DNA of 64,000 nucleotides, taken from Raillietiella orientalis (taxonomy: Eukaryota). Shown here in pieces: positions 25,801-37,809 of this stretch; position 1 is the stretch's first letter, and each line of letters starts with the position of its first letter. Both the position numbers and the translations under genes were made by a program. The stretch is from assembly GCA_036172245.1 (NCBI GenBank), contig JAYWIR010000002.1, positions 5,642,001 through 5,706,000 of the forward strand, read 5' to 3'. Under the pieces are notes generated by a model that was not told the origin of the DNA, ran no database searches, and saw only the letters and a program-made list of their open reading frames with translations.

Positions 25801-28800
25801 CCATCGTGCGCAGGCGCCAATCTGTCCTGTTCAAAGGCAAAATAATTTTGTCTACTAAACATGGACACATGAAAGTTCATATTGGAATCCCAGCACCCGT
25901 TCCAGACAGCACATTTGCACTCGAGCTCGAATGAGTCCTCCTTGTTTGGAGCAGCGTGAATCGCGGACGTGACTGCTTGCAAACCAGCTGCAAGAAAAGT
26001 TTCCTCACAATAGTTCGCTGCTGTTTGCCATTCGCAACTCTTTGAAGCCCGTGACTTGCAATGCTCAGCTTTCCGATGTCAGAAAATGTACCCAGAAATT
26101 TTCCTTATGAACAAATTGGGAAGTGCTTGGAACTACGGTATAACAAAGACTTTTTGCTTTCATTTCTCCGATTATCGACTCTGTTTACAGCCATCCGCTC
26201 GAAATGCTGCCTTTCAAAAGAACACTCAAAATTCAGTGTGAAAGGAAACTGAAATCACAAGCAAATATTGCCCTTTCTCTGTCAACTCGCAAAAAGTGTG
26301 TAGTAGTCCTGTTCTCCAAAGTACAAGCAGCTCGTAGAAGCAAAGGCTCACGCCCAAGCTGATTTATCCTCATTTATTCAAACAGGGTCTAGGAGGGTGA
26401 TCCTGAGTTCCTTCTGAAGTCAAGTGCTTCCTTGACTCTTCTGCAGGATGAGTCCTCATCGAAAAAAAGTAATGAGAGTGATATCAAAATAATATTTGAT
26501 ACTATTAAAAATAATTTTCCGCAACCCATTCAACAAATTCCTGTTCCACCATGCATTTTCTGCACATGCAGTTTTAAATTTCCATCTTTGGGGCTTCGTT
26601 GTGAGTAATCCTTCTATCTCCATTACATTCCCTGTGAAATTTCCTTATAACATCAAGAGTGAGAGGAACCACTCATCTCTCAACCCATGCGCCCTTCTAG
26701 CCTTCTTTTAGTCAAATCGTGTACTCTGCGCAATGCTCTGAAGAATAAAGATATTCCTCCTTAATAAGCTTCCGTTAAGATGTCCATTTGACACGCGGTT
26801 ACTCCACTATGAGCGATCCATCCTTTCCAGAAGGACAAGTTTGACAGCTCACAGGTGTCTTCCGTCACTTGAATCAAAGTACCATTCTTAAGACTTCAGT
26901 TTGAAAAATAACTTTACAGACAAATCAACTACGCTCATATGATTTTCACAATTGCAACAGAACCGACCATGGCTCACAATTTCTACTTGCTACATTGGTT
27001 GCTGACTGATTTGCATTGCTGCACATCCCTCATCGGAGGAGCCTACACAGAACACGTTACAACACGCTAATCCAAGGCTGAGTTTTGAAATTTCACAACC
27101 GCAGTCCTACATTTTTTCCCCATGTTCGGCGTCTGCTCTCAAGAGTGAAATGGGAATCTTACTTATGCACTAAGTTTCATCACAAGCTCAGAAGAAGTGA
27201 TAAATATGGTTTTGTTTCCGTGCAATGTACTCAACTCGCATTCTTGTTTGAAAGTTGCTTCTATCATAGATTTATATTTCTTATCTTGACATTCATGGGA
27301 ATTCATTGGGAATCCCTCCTTCTTGCTAAGCTTTCCTTGATGGATGTCTGCAAAAAAAAGTGACCCCAAAATGACGAAAGACATCAACCCTTACTTAAGA
27401 CACCATTAAGTCCAAAAGCGACAAAAGAATGGTGCTCAAGTTGGAGTAGTAGTTTCCATTCTTTGAATTTTCCAGTAATAAGTACAGGAATAAAGTATTG
27501 CAGCCAAGTATAAACATAAAAACATGACTCATGCGTATTCACTAAAAAAAGCGGTTTTTGTTTTTCACAATTCATCATGAAAATGGGTGGAAATTTTTCC
27601 ATGAATATTGTTAAGAAAGCTCTCACTTACTTTGAGACTCTTATCTTCTCCGGTAGGATCAAAGGTGAACATCAGGGATGTTGTGGAACGCAAAATGTCA
27701 TGTGTCAAATCACTACAGCTTGAGCTCCCAACAGTCATATGCAGATACAGAAACTGTAGTCCAAGAAATATCAGCAGTGAATAGCAATAATACATTGAGT
27801 GATTCATTTTTATAGATACCGTGGAATAAATTGCACTCAACATTCATTGTTAGAATCATTAACATGTAACTGTAATATCTATAAGAACATTTTGAAGAAG
27901 AAGATCATTTGCTCCATAGCTTATGCGAACATTAACATAGTCAAGCTTGTAAGAGGGATGGATCCCTGCGATATTAGTGGTTCACGTAAAATGATAAAGA
28001 ATTCCAAAAGATTGTCTGCCTCTTCAATTCGTCAGTTATCGCCAAGGTCACCGAACTTGAAAACATCGGAAAGATCACCGTCTGCATCAATGAGGAAGGA
28101 AGTGAGCGATGGGAAAATGAGCAAGCGCTGAATGGTTGACAAGTCGCTCACAGGAATCAGAATGAAATCCGCACAAATTGGTTGGCTGCATCGGTCTGGT
28201 CCAATGGTGCTATTCTATGTAGGATGCCTAGCTCCACGTGAAGATGACAGAAACATGAAAAATCAAGCCTCAAATTTCAGAGCAAATGGAAAATATTCTG
28301 GATGAAACAGGTAGTGTCCGGGGATAACTGGAATTAGTTATACGATCAGAGCTGTCTTAAAATAAGTGAACGCAGTCGGAGTTGCCATGTCAGTGGCGTA
28401 ATAAGAGGAGAGGGATCAACCCAAGGTATTCATAGGCAAGGCACAACCTTGCAACCAAGCATTTCGTGCACCCACACCGGATCAAAGAAAGCACGTATGC
28501 AAGTCCAATAATTCTTGGGTTATTCAGTTAAACGGAGAAATCTGTCTGCACAGTAATGCAATATGCGTGCGACGATGTGCTATTTGATAAAAAAAACAGT
28601 CTTATTCGCTGAGTGACTCACATAAGCTGTACGCGTTACTGTTTTATGTATAAAGTAGAGTATGATCTCTTAACATAAAAACTCCTTACGAAAAGGCTAA
28701 CTTTCCACCCAAACGAGAAAATTAGAAGCTTTTTCTTTTCTCTGAAAAAACAAAATAAGTGTTTTAAATAGGAAAGAGACTGTCCATAGCGCAATGCTAA

Positions 28801-31800
28801 TGCACGACAGTTTGCAAAAAGGAAAATGCATGTAAAACTGACTCTAAATAGAGATGAATGTATGACTGAAATATGGAACTGTTCATAGAATTCACTCGTA
28901 TTGGCGTGGAGAGTGGGCAGGCGTGGAAATTTGGATTATTTTGAGCGTCGTTTTGTTCATCCTCATCTGATTTACAAGTGCACACTATGGAACAAAAGGT
29001 CATTAATATCTCCGTTACTTCGTCTTCGCTGTTTACCTCAAGAGCCGTCGCGTGCCTGGCGGCGCACGTGGCTCTTTAACACTGTTCCACGCCACCCGCG
29101 GAGGGTGCTTGTTATTCTTCAAGATAGGGGGCACCCTGGAAGGGACTCCGCCCTATGAATCCAGGAAGGCTCGGAGTCCGTTCCTCTCACGCTTGGGGAC
29201 GGGGGGGGACCGCACCTCCCACCCTGGTTGTCTCCGAGGGGGAACCCAGAAGGGAATCTCCTTCCTCATTCTCTCCAGAGGGACATCCCCCTAATGGGAA
29301 GGGTGGTCCTCTCCATTTCATCTTCTCCGAAGGGAACTCGGAAAGGATCCGCTAGTAGTGATTTCTTCTCCGGAGGGAACCCGCAAGGGAACCGCTCCTG
29401 TTCATTCCTCTGAAGAGAACCCCGAAGGGACGCTTCCGAAATTCAGAAGGGGCGCTGCAGCTTTCCGCGGGAGGATCGCTCTCGTTTGCTTCCTTGCACT
29501 CACTAGAGAGGCGGCGACTCGGAGGATTCTCTCCTCAACAGGGGGGATCCGCTCCTTTTAACAACTGGAGAGGTGCCTGTGAAGGTTCCTGCTCCATTTT
29601 GAAACCGGAGGGGTCCCCCCGGTATGGGGGTCCGCTCTCCGTTGCACGACAGGAGGGGGGAACTCCCCACTCCTTGATCCTGGGCCTCCGGCTTAAACGA
29701 CCACCGGTGCCACGCCCGAATGTCTCAGCCAACCAGCGCCATTGCAGGAGAAACTCGAAACCCAACGGCGCAATGGCATCAGTTTCTGTCGGAGTATTCG
29801 ATCCCGCGACGCATGGTGCCACACGCGGAAGCCTTAACCACAAAGTCTCCGACGCGGGCGGTACATCTCCAATCTCAGCTCAAGCAATGCACATTACTTG
29901 AGCCGTCACAGTAGCTCCAGGAAAACCGTGTTCAACACATACCAGGAAACAAGAGAGCTTGTTTCCTAGCTATTCTGATCAAGTATCGAGTATATCATTA
30001 TTTCTATTATCTTGGAGCGATGCAATATTTGAATTCAGATTTCACCTTGGTGTGCTTAGCAAATGTGCTATAAAGTCAAATAAAGTTTCCGTGATAACAC
30101 ACTTGCTCACACTGAATTGCATTGAATTCCTTCTACCTTTATTTTCCATTCCAATGATTCTTTTATGATTTTGGTTACAACTTCCTTGTACTTGCTAGCG
30201 GCATCAGAGAAAATTAAGACAAGAGACCTAAAAACCCACATGATTAGCAATCATTGTCAAATATGGTAAAAGATTCAATTTCATGCATTGTACATGTGAC
30301 AATCACGAGAAAAATACTTGTGAATGGGAGATGGAAGGATGCGTATCACGACTGAGCGAATGGTGTTAGCTCAAAAACGTGCTCTTATTTTCCATTGAAA
30401 TTCCTCCCCGGCCTGCGCTTGTATATCAGAGCATTGCACCCGGACCGATAGCAACACTTTACTATGTGGCAAACAGTGTCGCTACCAGTCCGGGTGTAAT
30501 ACTCAGAATAAGCACATCCATTTCGAATCACAAAAATCACAGAAAAAAACAGGCAGAAAAAAGATTCAAAAGGATCTGAAACTCTATCAGCATAAAATCA
30601 AGAGAAAAAGTTCCTCCTTTTCATCAACTTTCCACTGATAGAAAAATCTCAAACGATATCACGTTGTTTGCGTAGTGTTTGGGTATCGCGCATTTACTGA
30701 GTTGAAACTAATCAAAGAGGTCGTCGCTTGACTCAAATACCAAACCTGATTCACTGAACGAACGCGACTCCTCGTTTTTATACTTTCATCTCGAGTGACG
30801 ATCAACCCTTCTTCTTATCCAGCTGTTCAAATTCAGTGCTTGCCGTTGGGAAGCTGGAATGCTTCATGCGACTGCATGCTCAACGTCAAAACGCCAGAAG
30901 AGAGAGCAGCATCGATGCTTGCTTAGCTTAAAGTTTGTTTCTCAACTTCTAGACATACGGGAAAACTCTAGTGAGATCGCTCCCTTTTCTATTCTTACTC
31001 GCGCACCCATTTTGTCCTTTGGGTTAGGACAAACAGCATCCTTGATCAAACATCACACTTCGTCTGGTTTTTCATAGTTCTTCTATGTATTTTTCCGAAA
31101 ATCAGGGTTACCTGCAAGAGGTTGCATCATACAGAAGCAGCCTTACGCTGCGGCAAGCATCTGAATGTGACCGTGATTTCCGTTTTTTCATTTCCTACAA
31201 AGGGGGAGCTCCGATGCTCAGATTTGAGTGCTACTAGCTTTTTCCTAAATCCTTAAACTCGGAACATTTCCAAACAAACTTTTGTCTTATACTGCTCCAA
31301 GCACTTCGTCCAAATTCGGGCTCTTCACTAATAGTTGGCAACATGATCTTCTGGAAGTACACCTACACCTGCTTTCCTACACGCATACACGTACTTCAGA
31401 GTATTTCTGCTGATCGATTCGTTTCTTTTTATTCCGATCTCGAATCATCTTCACAGTGAAGGGCCATCAATACAGCTCCAATATGACAGAAAATCCGCGC
31501 ACTACATATTCGTTTTAATTAATGATATCTCAGTGTAAGATTATTTTGCAACTTTGAAATTTTGCAACTGTATGTCACTGAAGTACTGAATTCCGAAAAG
31601 GAAAAAGGTGAAAAACCTTTTTTTGTTCAATTCTGGTGCCAATGTTCATAAAGAAGTTCTTCCTGATACTTCTCCAGAAAACTGTTCAAAGACATCATTC
31701 TTCAGTGGCGGTTTCTAGTTTTTTTCGAAAGAATCATACTGGTTTTATGTTACCAAGTCCAGCCTTGGCTAGAGCCACAGATTTACACCTACGTGTGTTT

Positions 31801-34800
31801 AATATAGGTTTCAAATTTGAATTGAATGCTTCTGCGGCATGGCACCTTTCTCAATTTGCAATATGCGGCCTTTTGAAGAAAAACTGCGGCGTTGCAAAAA
31901 AGTCCTCTTCTTAATGAAAACCTATCATCTTCGTATTCTCCTCATTTGTCATTGGACCATTCTACATTCCTGTCATTTTAACCTTGGTGCATGGAGGTCA
32001 TCTATGACATAACTAGAAAGACTTCATACTTCTGCTGACTCTGATAAGTAAATTGCACTTTATAAAAGCTCAGCCAGTTTCTTTTGTAACTTCTTAACAC
32101 TTGAATACCCATCATGCCTTCACAATTCTGTGAATTATGGAAGGGTACACCAGCCAAACCAAGACCTCTCATCCCCTGCCATTTGTTAGGTTACATTTCA
32201 CATGAGCATGTGAAAAGAAAGCACCCTGACAAGATGATTTGACCTGAGTATCTTCGGTTTTCCTCTAATCCTCAAAGTCCAGTTACTATCGGGTGCATGT
32301 GCGATGAATGTCGAGTGCATATCCATCGCATACGCATAAGTTTCGATATAAATGCAATGCCCTCATTAAAACTATAATCTTGTTTTAAACCAAGTTTTAA
32401 AACAGGTTTTTCACATTCCTGTGTCAGAAAATCCATGATTTCCGGAAGTTCCCTGCATCAAAAATCCCATTCCGTCGAATTTCGCGTTTTGGTGATCGCG
32501 AGTTTAAAAGCTAGAAGGAAATAAAACAGAACAATAGAAGCTGATACAGACCGTCGTTGTACCATAGCAAGAGCAACTACATCCATAGTGTGGTACAGTG
32601 TTTCTGGATAGTCCGGTCCTCCATGTGTTTCTTCCAATATGACCGGCAGTATTTTCCTCAAATCCTCGCTTCTGTCGGCTATTCCAACTAAACACAAAAT
32701 ATAAGGAAAGTCACCCGTTTTCAACGTACACTGGAACGGTTATCGATGAAAGCCGAACCCTCTCTTTTCGTCAACTGCCACGCAGTTGTTTGGTAAAGCT
32801 TTCACAAATTGAAACCTCGTGAAAATGGAAGAGCTTCTCTAGAAAAAGGGGATTTCCGAACCTCTCATTCTGAAGCGATGAACATTGATAGCGGATGGAA
32901 ACTGCTTTCAAGTTCCCACATCATGCAACACTTCTATCTACCCACAATGCTTTATCATTCTAAAGTCTATTCCAAGTCATATTCTAAAGTCCGATTTTGC
33001 CAAGCAACCCTGTTTTTTTTTGCATTCCGGATGCTTTTCCCCGCTTTCATTTTCCCGCAAAGGTGGAATCCTGATCATTCTCTTGCTTGAGTCAGAAGAG
33101 CCAGTTGGTACCTTTTTACCTGAAGCCTCAGAACATTTCCAAACAAACTTCTGTTTTATACCGTTCCAAGCGCTTCATCCAAATCCCTGATTCTTCACCA
33201 ACGGTTACCAGCATGATCTTCTGGAAGCCCAACCTCATAAAAACATGCATACAAGCGAACTGCTGAGTGTTTTTGCTGTGATGCTGCTCTCGCACGTTTC
33301 ATGCTCGTGAATTTGCAGCAGAGAAAGCAGAGGAAACATCATTTGCTGAGGGAGAGTCTCAGCAACCTGAGGACTCTGCACACAAAACTTGAGGAGGAAT
33401 TTGAGGACTTCAGATGCAATTTCCTTCCGAGGACTGTGTTGAGGACTGAGCTAGTGGCATGTGGCTCTGCTAACCTTCGGTCGGATGCTCAAGTCTGAGT
33501 TGACGTATGAAGGAAACTCCATCACCCTAAGTCTTGAAGCTGTGAGCGTTGATGAGCGTTGCTGCCACGCAACGCTCACGTAGGAGCATCGGAATTCGCA
33601 AGTCTTCCGGAGGAAGAGGGGGAGAACCCTTTGTTTGCATCTTGTCTGCTAGTTGCAAATTCCCTCAAAATACTCAGATATTTGCCACGGGAGCCATCAG
33701 CAGTACATGGATCCCGAATATTCTTACGGATTCAGCTGAGAAAGGAATCCAGGATTCGCTGTGGCAGCAGATCTTTTGTGTCATGTACGTGATCTTTCGT
33801 TGGACCAGCATTTGACATCCCTGATAAATTTTTCTTGTTGCCGCCGAACGTTTGTAGTTTCCTAGCCTTTAGTGGTATCTCAGAGGAGTAGTATTCCTTC
33901 CTTTGATTCTTCTGCCCGATTCCTTGTTCCCAGATTAGTTTGAGTAGTCATTGGGTTCTCAGGAAATGATAAGAACTAGAAAACCGAGCGAGACATTCGG
34001 CATTCTCAAACTGAAGGTACAAATTCTCGAAGCCATGGTATTCAAGCTGACTTTAGATTTCGAGTTGGCTCGAGTGTGTCCATAAATTCTCAACTACTCG
34101 TCGGAATGTATCCAGAAAATGGGCCTGCAAACGCGCTTTTGGGCATCGCGGTTTCCAATCGTGTTTGTCTGCTACAACATTCGTGTTGATTCGAAGGGGA
34201 ACAAAAGAGGGAAGCGGGCAGCAGCAGCAGCTGTTTCTTGGAAGACCATTTGATATTTCAACCATTCATCCCTACGTGCACTGGCGGTCATCTGTACAAC
34301 TTCCAGTGCGTATAAAGCCAAAGAAGGCTCACCACAAATGCTGCTGTCGAAGGATTGAGCTTTCCATACTCCAGATGTTGTTCTCGGGACTATTTTCGAG
34401 AGCAGGAGTACGTGTTCAGCTCGTATAAAATCTCCAAAAACGGATTTGCTTGTTGACACTTCTTGCGATTTTCTGGTTTTCCACCTGAAGTTCGAAGCCC
34501 AGGCAGCATCCAATTCATATCGATGGCTCATATTTTCAAGACACTACACGGGAAAGCAACCTGTGCGACCTTGCAAGCGTACCGGCTATGAAAGCGTTGG
34601 TACATGGTACATGCACTCGATGGTACATGTACTAAATGTTGAAACCTTTGCTAATGCACGCAATCGGGACGGAAAGATCTGCGCGAAAGACAGATAGGTG
34701 GTGTACCCTCCCTGCAATCCCGAAAATCTTCCTACGTTGTCTTCGGCGTTTCGACACCACATAATGCGTAATGTTTCAACTGATTGACTGAACCAGGGAC

Positions 34801-35405
34801 ACAGAGGGAAGACGCATTTCGAGCTTTTCCCTTTAGGAAACCGGAAGGAGTCAGGCTGCGCATCGTGGGAGATGATGCTGGAGTTCCTGGAACGGTTATG
34901 GACATTGTGGAATACATATCACATTACGCAGCCGGTGAACCACAGGATGTGGATGCTCCTGCGTTATGCCACCATATGCTCACTTTTTAGAGTTTCGATA
35001 TCACGAATTGCAATGGACTCTCGCGGAAACGCGTGCGATCTTCCAGAACGGCGTTCTGGATGAAGTGAAATTTGCGATGCAAATTGCAACATACTCACTT
35101 CTAGGCTGCACGCCGTACTCAATATCAGAATATCCAATCAGAAAGAAAGGATAGAACTTCCCTTCGTGCACAGTATTGACGGATGTGAAAATGTGATCTG
35201 ATGTGTTAATGGCAAACTCCATGCTGAACACCATCGAATTCGATATATCTACCATCATGCCAAATGTTTTGTAACCCCTTCTTTCGTTGGCAAATGTTCT
35301 GTCATATTCCAAATCAAAGTAGCTCGCGTCAAATGGCAGAATGCACCATGTCGATGATGCAACTTTCACTGACGACAGCACCAGCGTCAGAAGCACAGCG
35401 TACTC
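113..35405 (-). CDS. Large multi-exon gene for a predicted secreted protein: VWA (hemicentin/VWA7-type) + 2 beta-sandwich + Ig + CUB-like + >=19 Cys-rich mini-modules; 3' end runs off the window
   Basis: Hand-built exons in transcript order: 35099-35405, 32552-32687, 30137-30227, 27631-27753, 22990-23413, 21518-21699, 20336-20411, 17953-18088, 17766-17893, 17569-17719, 16178-16320, 14658-14756, 13721-13846, 12734-12754, 12293-12388, 12144-12236, 12009-12101, 10681-10773, 10487-10579, 9171-9239, 8915-9007, 8295-8390, 7038-7130, 6466-6558, 6118-6216, 4793-4900, 4489-4587, 4112-4204, 2409-2501, 2094-2186, 646-738, 113-205. All have AG/GT ends, phases match and no junction codon is a stop (3826 nt). 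N-terminus EYAVLLTLVLSSVKVASS is hydrophobic. The ATG exon is uncertain (candidate ATG AGC at 35454-35449 with a 43-bp intron). Confidence 0.8.
3643..3792. mobile_element. ~150-bp foldback/MITE-like hairpin element
   Basis: Arm gattgtagac..ttaattagcagctctcgctcgcacttgatgcaccagaac pairs with gttctggtgcatcaagtgcgagcgagagctgctaattaa..gtctacaatc. A diverged half copy lies at about 5917-5995. Confidence 0.6.
5171..5915. repeat. Long inverted repeat: 340-bp arms (5171-5510, 5576-5915) with a 65-bp spacer
   Basis: Arm ends are exact reverse complements (tagaatggacgccag / ctggcgtccattcta; gtttctgata / tatcagaaac). The ORF track gives identical mirror translations on both strands. Confidence 0.95.
14658..17719 (-). 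CDS. Exons 10-12: divergent CUB-like domain
   Basis: RCSKEHVVSYDTGCQKSVQWSSEF..NCYQPCIYSLVLP..CSIRIKFLKAEM..QCFSAQSIAF..YILCGNKSG..VIVRLVGKATLSL..FSIAL follows the CUB pattern (C, C-x-Y-x-I-x-x-P, IxLxF, C, LCG). The exons are well supported by splice sites and phases; the domain name is an inference. Confidence 0.5.
17766..18088 (-). CDS. Exons 8-9: single immunoglobulin-like domain
   Basis: PKVKIVFPP...TIFCIVSSNTPFSASF ... LYLRI...DLSGKTYHCRVENDQG carries the B-strand Cys and the D-x-(S)G-x-Y-x-C-x-V-x-N-x-x-G F-strand motif. Intron 17894-17952 is 59 bp. Confidence 0.75.
20336..23413 (-). CDS. Exons 5-7: two beta-sandwich domains of the type that follows VWA in hemicentin/VWA7-like proteins
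   Basis: TFSFDIDSTIKNYTFVIS, CYLQVRGHGGLEMDGGF, LVEIYDRDG and YVK|VKGITSGGIPFIRQ parallel the hemicentin post-VWA motifs (IPFDPSLKEVTVSLS, SVRITGLSTIDFRAGF, LELLSISG, FLKVTGYDKDDYLFQR). Phases 0-1, 1-0 and 0-1 join cleanly. Confidence 0.75.
27631..35405 (-). CDS. Exons 1-4: hemicentin/VWA7-type von Willebrand A domain
   Basis: Spliced translation TFGMMVDISNSM...FFLIGYSDIEYG / GGPDYPETLYHTM / SLVLIFSDAASK / FLYLHMTVGSSSC...SLMFTFD. It lines up in order with the remembered hemicentin VWA motifs (LAFVFDVTGSM, FALVPFHDP, GGGDCPE, FIYVFTDARSK, VVFVLTGDC). The MIDAS DxSxS and the downstream Asp are present. Confidence 0.8.
29042..29910. mobile_element. GC-rich repeat-family insertion in an intron (LTR-retroelement-like remnant)
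   Basis: Sharp GC rise within an AT-rich intron. Internal subrepeats TCC(G/A)GAGGGAACCCG-AAGGGA resemble 55770-56070. Direct repeat gagccgtc at 29042-29049 and 29900-29907. Confidence 0.5.
34130..34530 (-). mobile_element. Possible decayed Penelope-like GIY-YIG endonuclease remnant
   Basis: TSGVWKAQSFDSSICGEPSLAL...EWLKYQMVFQE...GNRD loosely matches the Penelope SGVY..C..YIGET...DW...E...NRD pattern. Heavily decayed. Confidence 0.3.
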
Positions 35406-36863
35406 CTGAAATTAACAGACTTTTCAAAACTTCGTCACAGGTCAGCACGCTCATGTACACTAATCTGTACGCACATCGGTACTCAAAAACGCATTCTGAC
35501 GTTCTAACGGAAACGATACGAAAGCATTTGAGGAACGGACTGCCAGCCCGGAGACAGAAACAACACGCAGGCCGAAGTGGGCGGAGCAACAATGGAAGCG
35601 CCCAACAATGGAAGGAAAATCAGCAGCGCGAAGGGACGGGCTGTCGCTCGGGGAACGCACGGGATGCCCGCGCCCTCCGACGTCACGGAACGTTCCGGAA
35701 AGTTCGAGATTCGCATCCCTTCGGAAATCTCACCCGCGAAAACTCGCGGCCGGCATCATCCCCGCAGAATCTGCCGCCGTTTTCCTGCTGCGGTGACCGC
35801 AAGCAAGGCTTCCTGCATCGAAAAGAATGGGGCTCCATGAAGGTCGCCTATTTGCTCCTCCAAGTAGAGTTTCCCATGGCATTTAAACGATTCCGTGTTG
35901 CTCCGAAAACGCGTGCTTGGAGTTCCCGTATTTGAGCTGCACGAATGCCAACGAGCTGACTGTGCCGCTATTCCACAAGAACACGGTTTCGGAGCTCTTC
36001 TACGAGGGACACCTCTGCACGCGTCTGTGTCCTATGCTGTGTTCCATTGCGCCCAAGCTGCAATGCAAATTTTTTCCGCGTTCAAGTGGAAATCCGCAGA
36101 CGCAAGAGCTCTTGCCACAAAACGTACTCTCCAAGATTCCTACCAGAACCTTGGAGAGAGTTTTCTCCGGTGGAAGGACCAGTTTGATGGCCACCGCCTG
36201 ATTTCAGAAGACGAACGGATTAGAATTCCTGCATTTAGCTTTAGGGTAAAAAAAAAAAAAATTCCTGATCAATCTTCGATTCCTTCCTTTTGCCTGGATC
36301 CAATAATGGATCACAAAGAATAAAGTAATCCGGATCAGTGATGGGCGTAACCTGTCACAACAGACATGACCTGCAGACCTTTCCTGAGCGGCCCTCATGA
36401 GCTGTTTGGAGCTTGAATTGAGCTTCTCGTAGCGAGATTCGCTGGTCTGCATGCGCCTACCTAACTCATACGAAAGAGAAAATTCATCCGCAGTGTTCCT
36501 CCGTTCCTCACGCAGTTCGTTTTTTGGTGGACCATGGATTTGGAGTGATGACCTGCAGCAATGCAGCCACTTACATTCCACCACAGCATCTGGTGAACTT
36601 TTTCTACTTGGCGATCGCCATCCGATCTCTGCCACTTTCCGGAATGGTGTGCTTAAAGACCGGTGAGCTCAACGCGACATCCGTGACGAGAACATCGGTA
36701 CCTTAATTCAGCAGTCTCCTGAGAATCTTTCTCTTGTAAAGTATGTGGGAAAGATAGGTGCCCGCCGCAGGAGCGCTGAGCCACCAAGAAACGCAACTTG
36801 GAGAGTATGAAAAGAAGCTGAAGACGAGGTATGAAAGGCTGCAATAGCAGTCAATGACACCAC

Positions 36864-37800
36864 TTGGAGTTTCACGTCGCATCATCGCCTATGAAGGCCA
36901 CTTATCCAGCTGCCCCAGTTCTGCCCTCCCTAAGGGGAGCAATGGACAGCCAACTGCCAGCAAGGTGGGAAGCGACCTGTGGGATAGGGAGCAGGAAAAA
37001 ACATCTGGATTCATGGACAACTAGAGAGCTGGCGGACGCCGCGACCACGAGTGTCCCACCAAAAGGACTCTTATTCTGTAGAGAGCTACTACAAATTCCT
37101 CCGGAGGAGGAACAGTGGCTCCTAGCGTGTTGGAACAGTGCTACTTTCCCCCTCAAGTGGCAGGAGACGGCGACCCTGCTGTTGCACTGGGACTTCCCGT
37201 GCAACGCCCACCGACATTACTGGACCCGGAGGAGTGTAAGCCCGAACTGCGCCTGGTGCGGCAAAAGAGAGTGTCTCCCGCAGCTGCTCGTGGATTATGT
37301 TGCCCTCCACCTCCTGTGGGAACGCTTTGCAGCGTTCCTGGGGATCCCCAAGGTCAATACCAGAGACATTTTGAAGCACTCTACTCTCGCACGACGCCCT
37401 CTCGCCAGCCGCATCCCTAGCAGCACTTTGCTGCCTACGCGGGATAGTGGCTGTATGGAGCTACGCCAGAGGAGGCCAGAACGACAGTGGTGCCATCTAT
37501 TTTGCGGTCCTCTTCTTGAGGATAGCGTCAGGATGGCCCCATCTTGGAATCCTGAAACAGGAACTTGCTGGCATCCTCGAAAGGATGCGGATGACGCCCT
37601 CCAGCACCCGGTGATCCCTCCCAGATTCCTCACTCCTTCCCCAATTTTTTGTATTTTTTTTGTTTTATTTTTTTCTTTTTGTTTCTCTTCCCTTCCTTTT
37701 CCGTGTCGAACCTCGCCAGCCTGAGCGCCGGTTCTCGGCAGATCCTTTCTGTACATTCTGTAACATCTTGCCACTGACGTCTAAGTTTTATTTTTAATGA
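36864..37800 (+). mobile_element. 3' end of an L1/Tx1-like LINE (zf-RVT region plus T-rich 3' UTR)
   Basis: KWQETATLLLHWDFPCN...PNCAWCGKRECLPQLLVDY is a CxxC..E..HLL..C-type zinc motif, followed by a T-rich tract at 37644-37700 and AATAAA near 37800. Confidence 0.65.
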
Positions 37801-37809
37801 ATAAACGCC

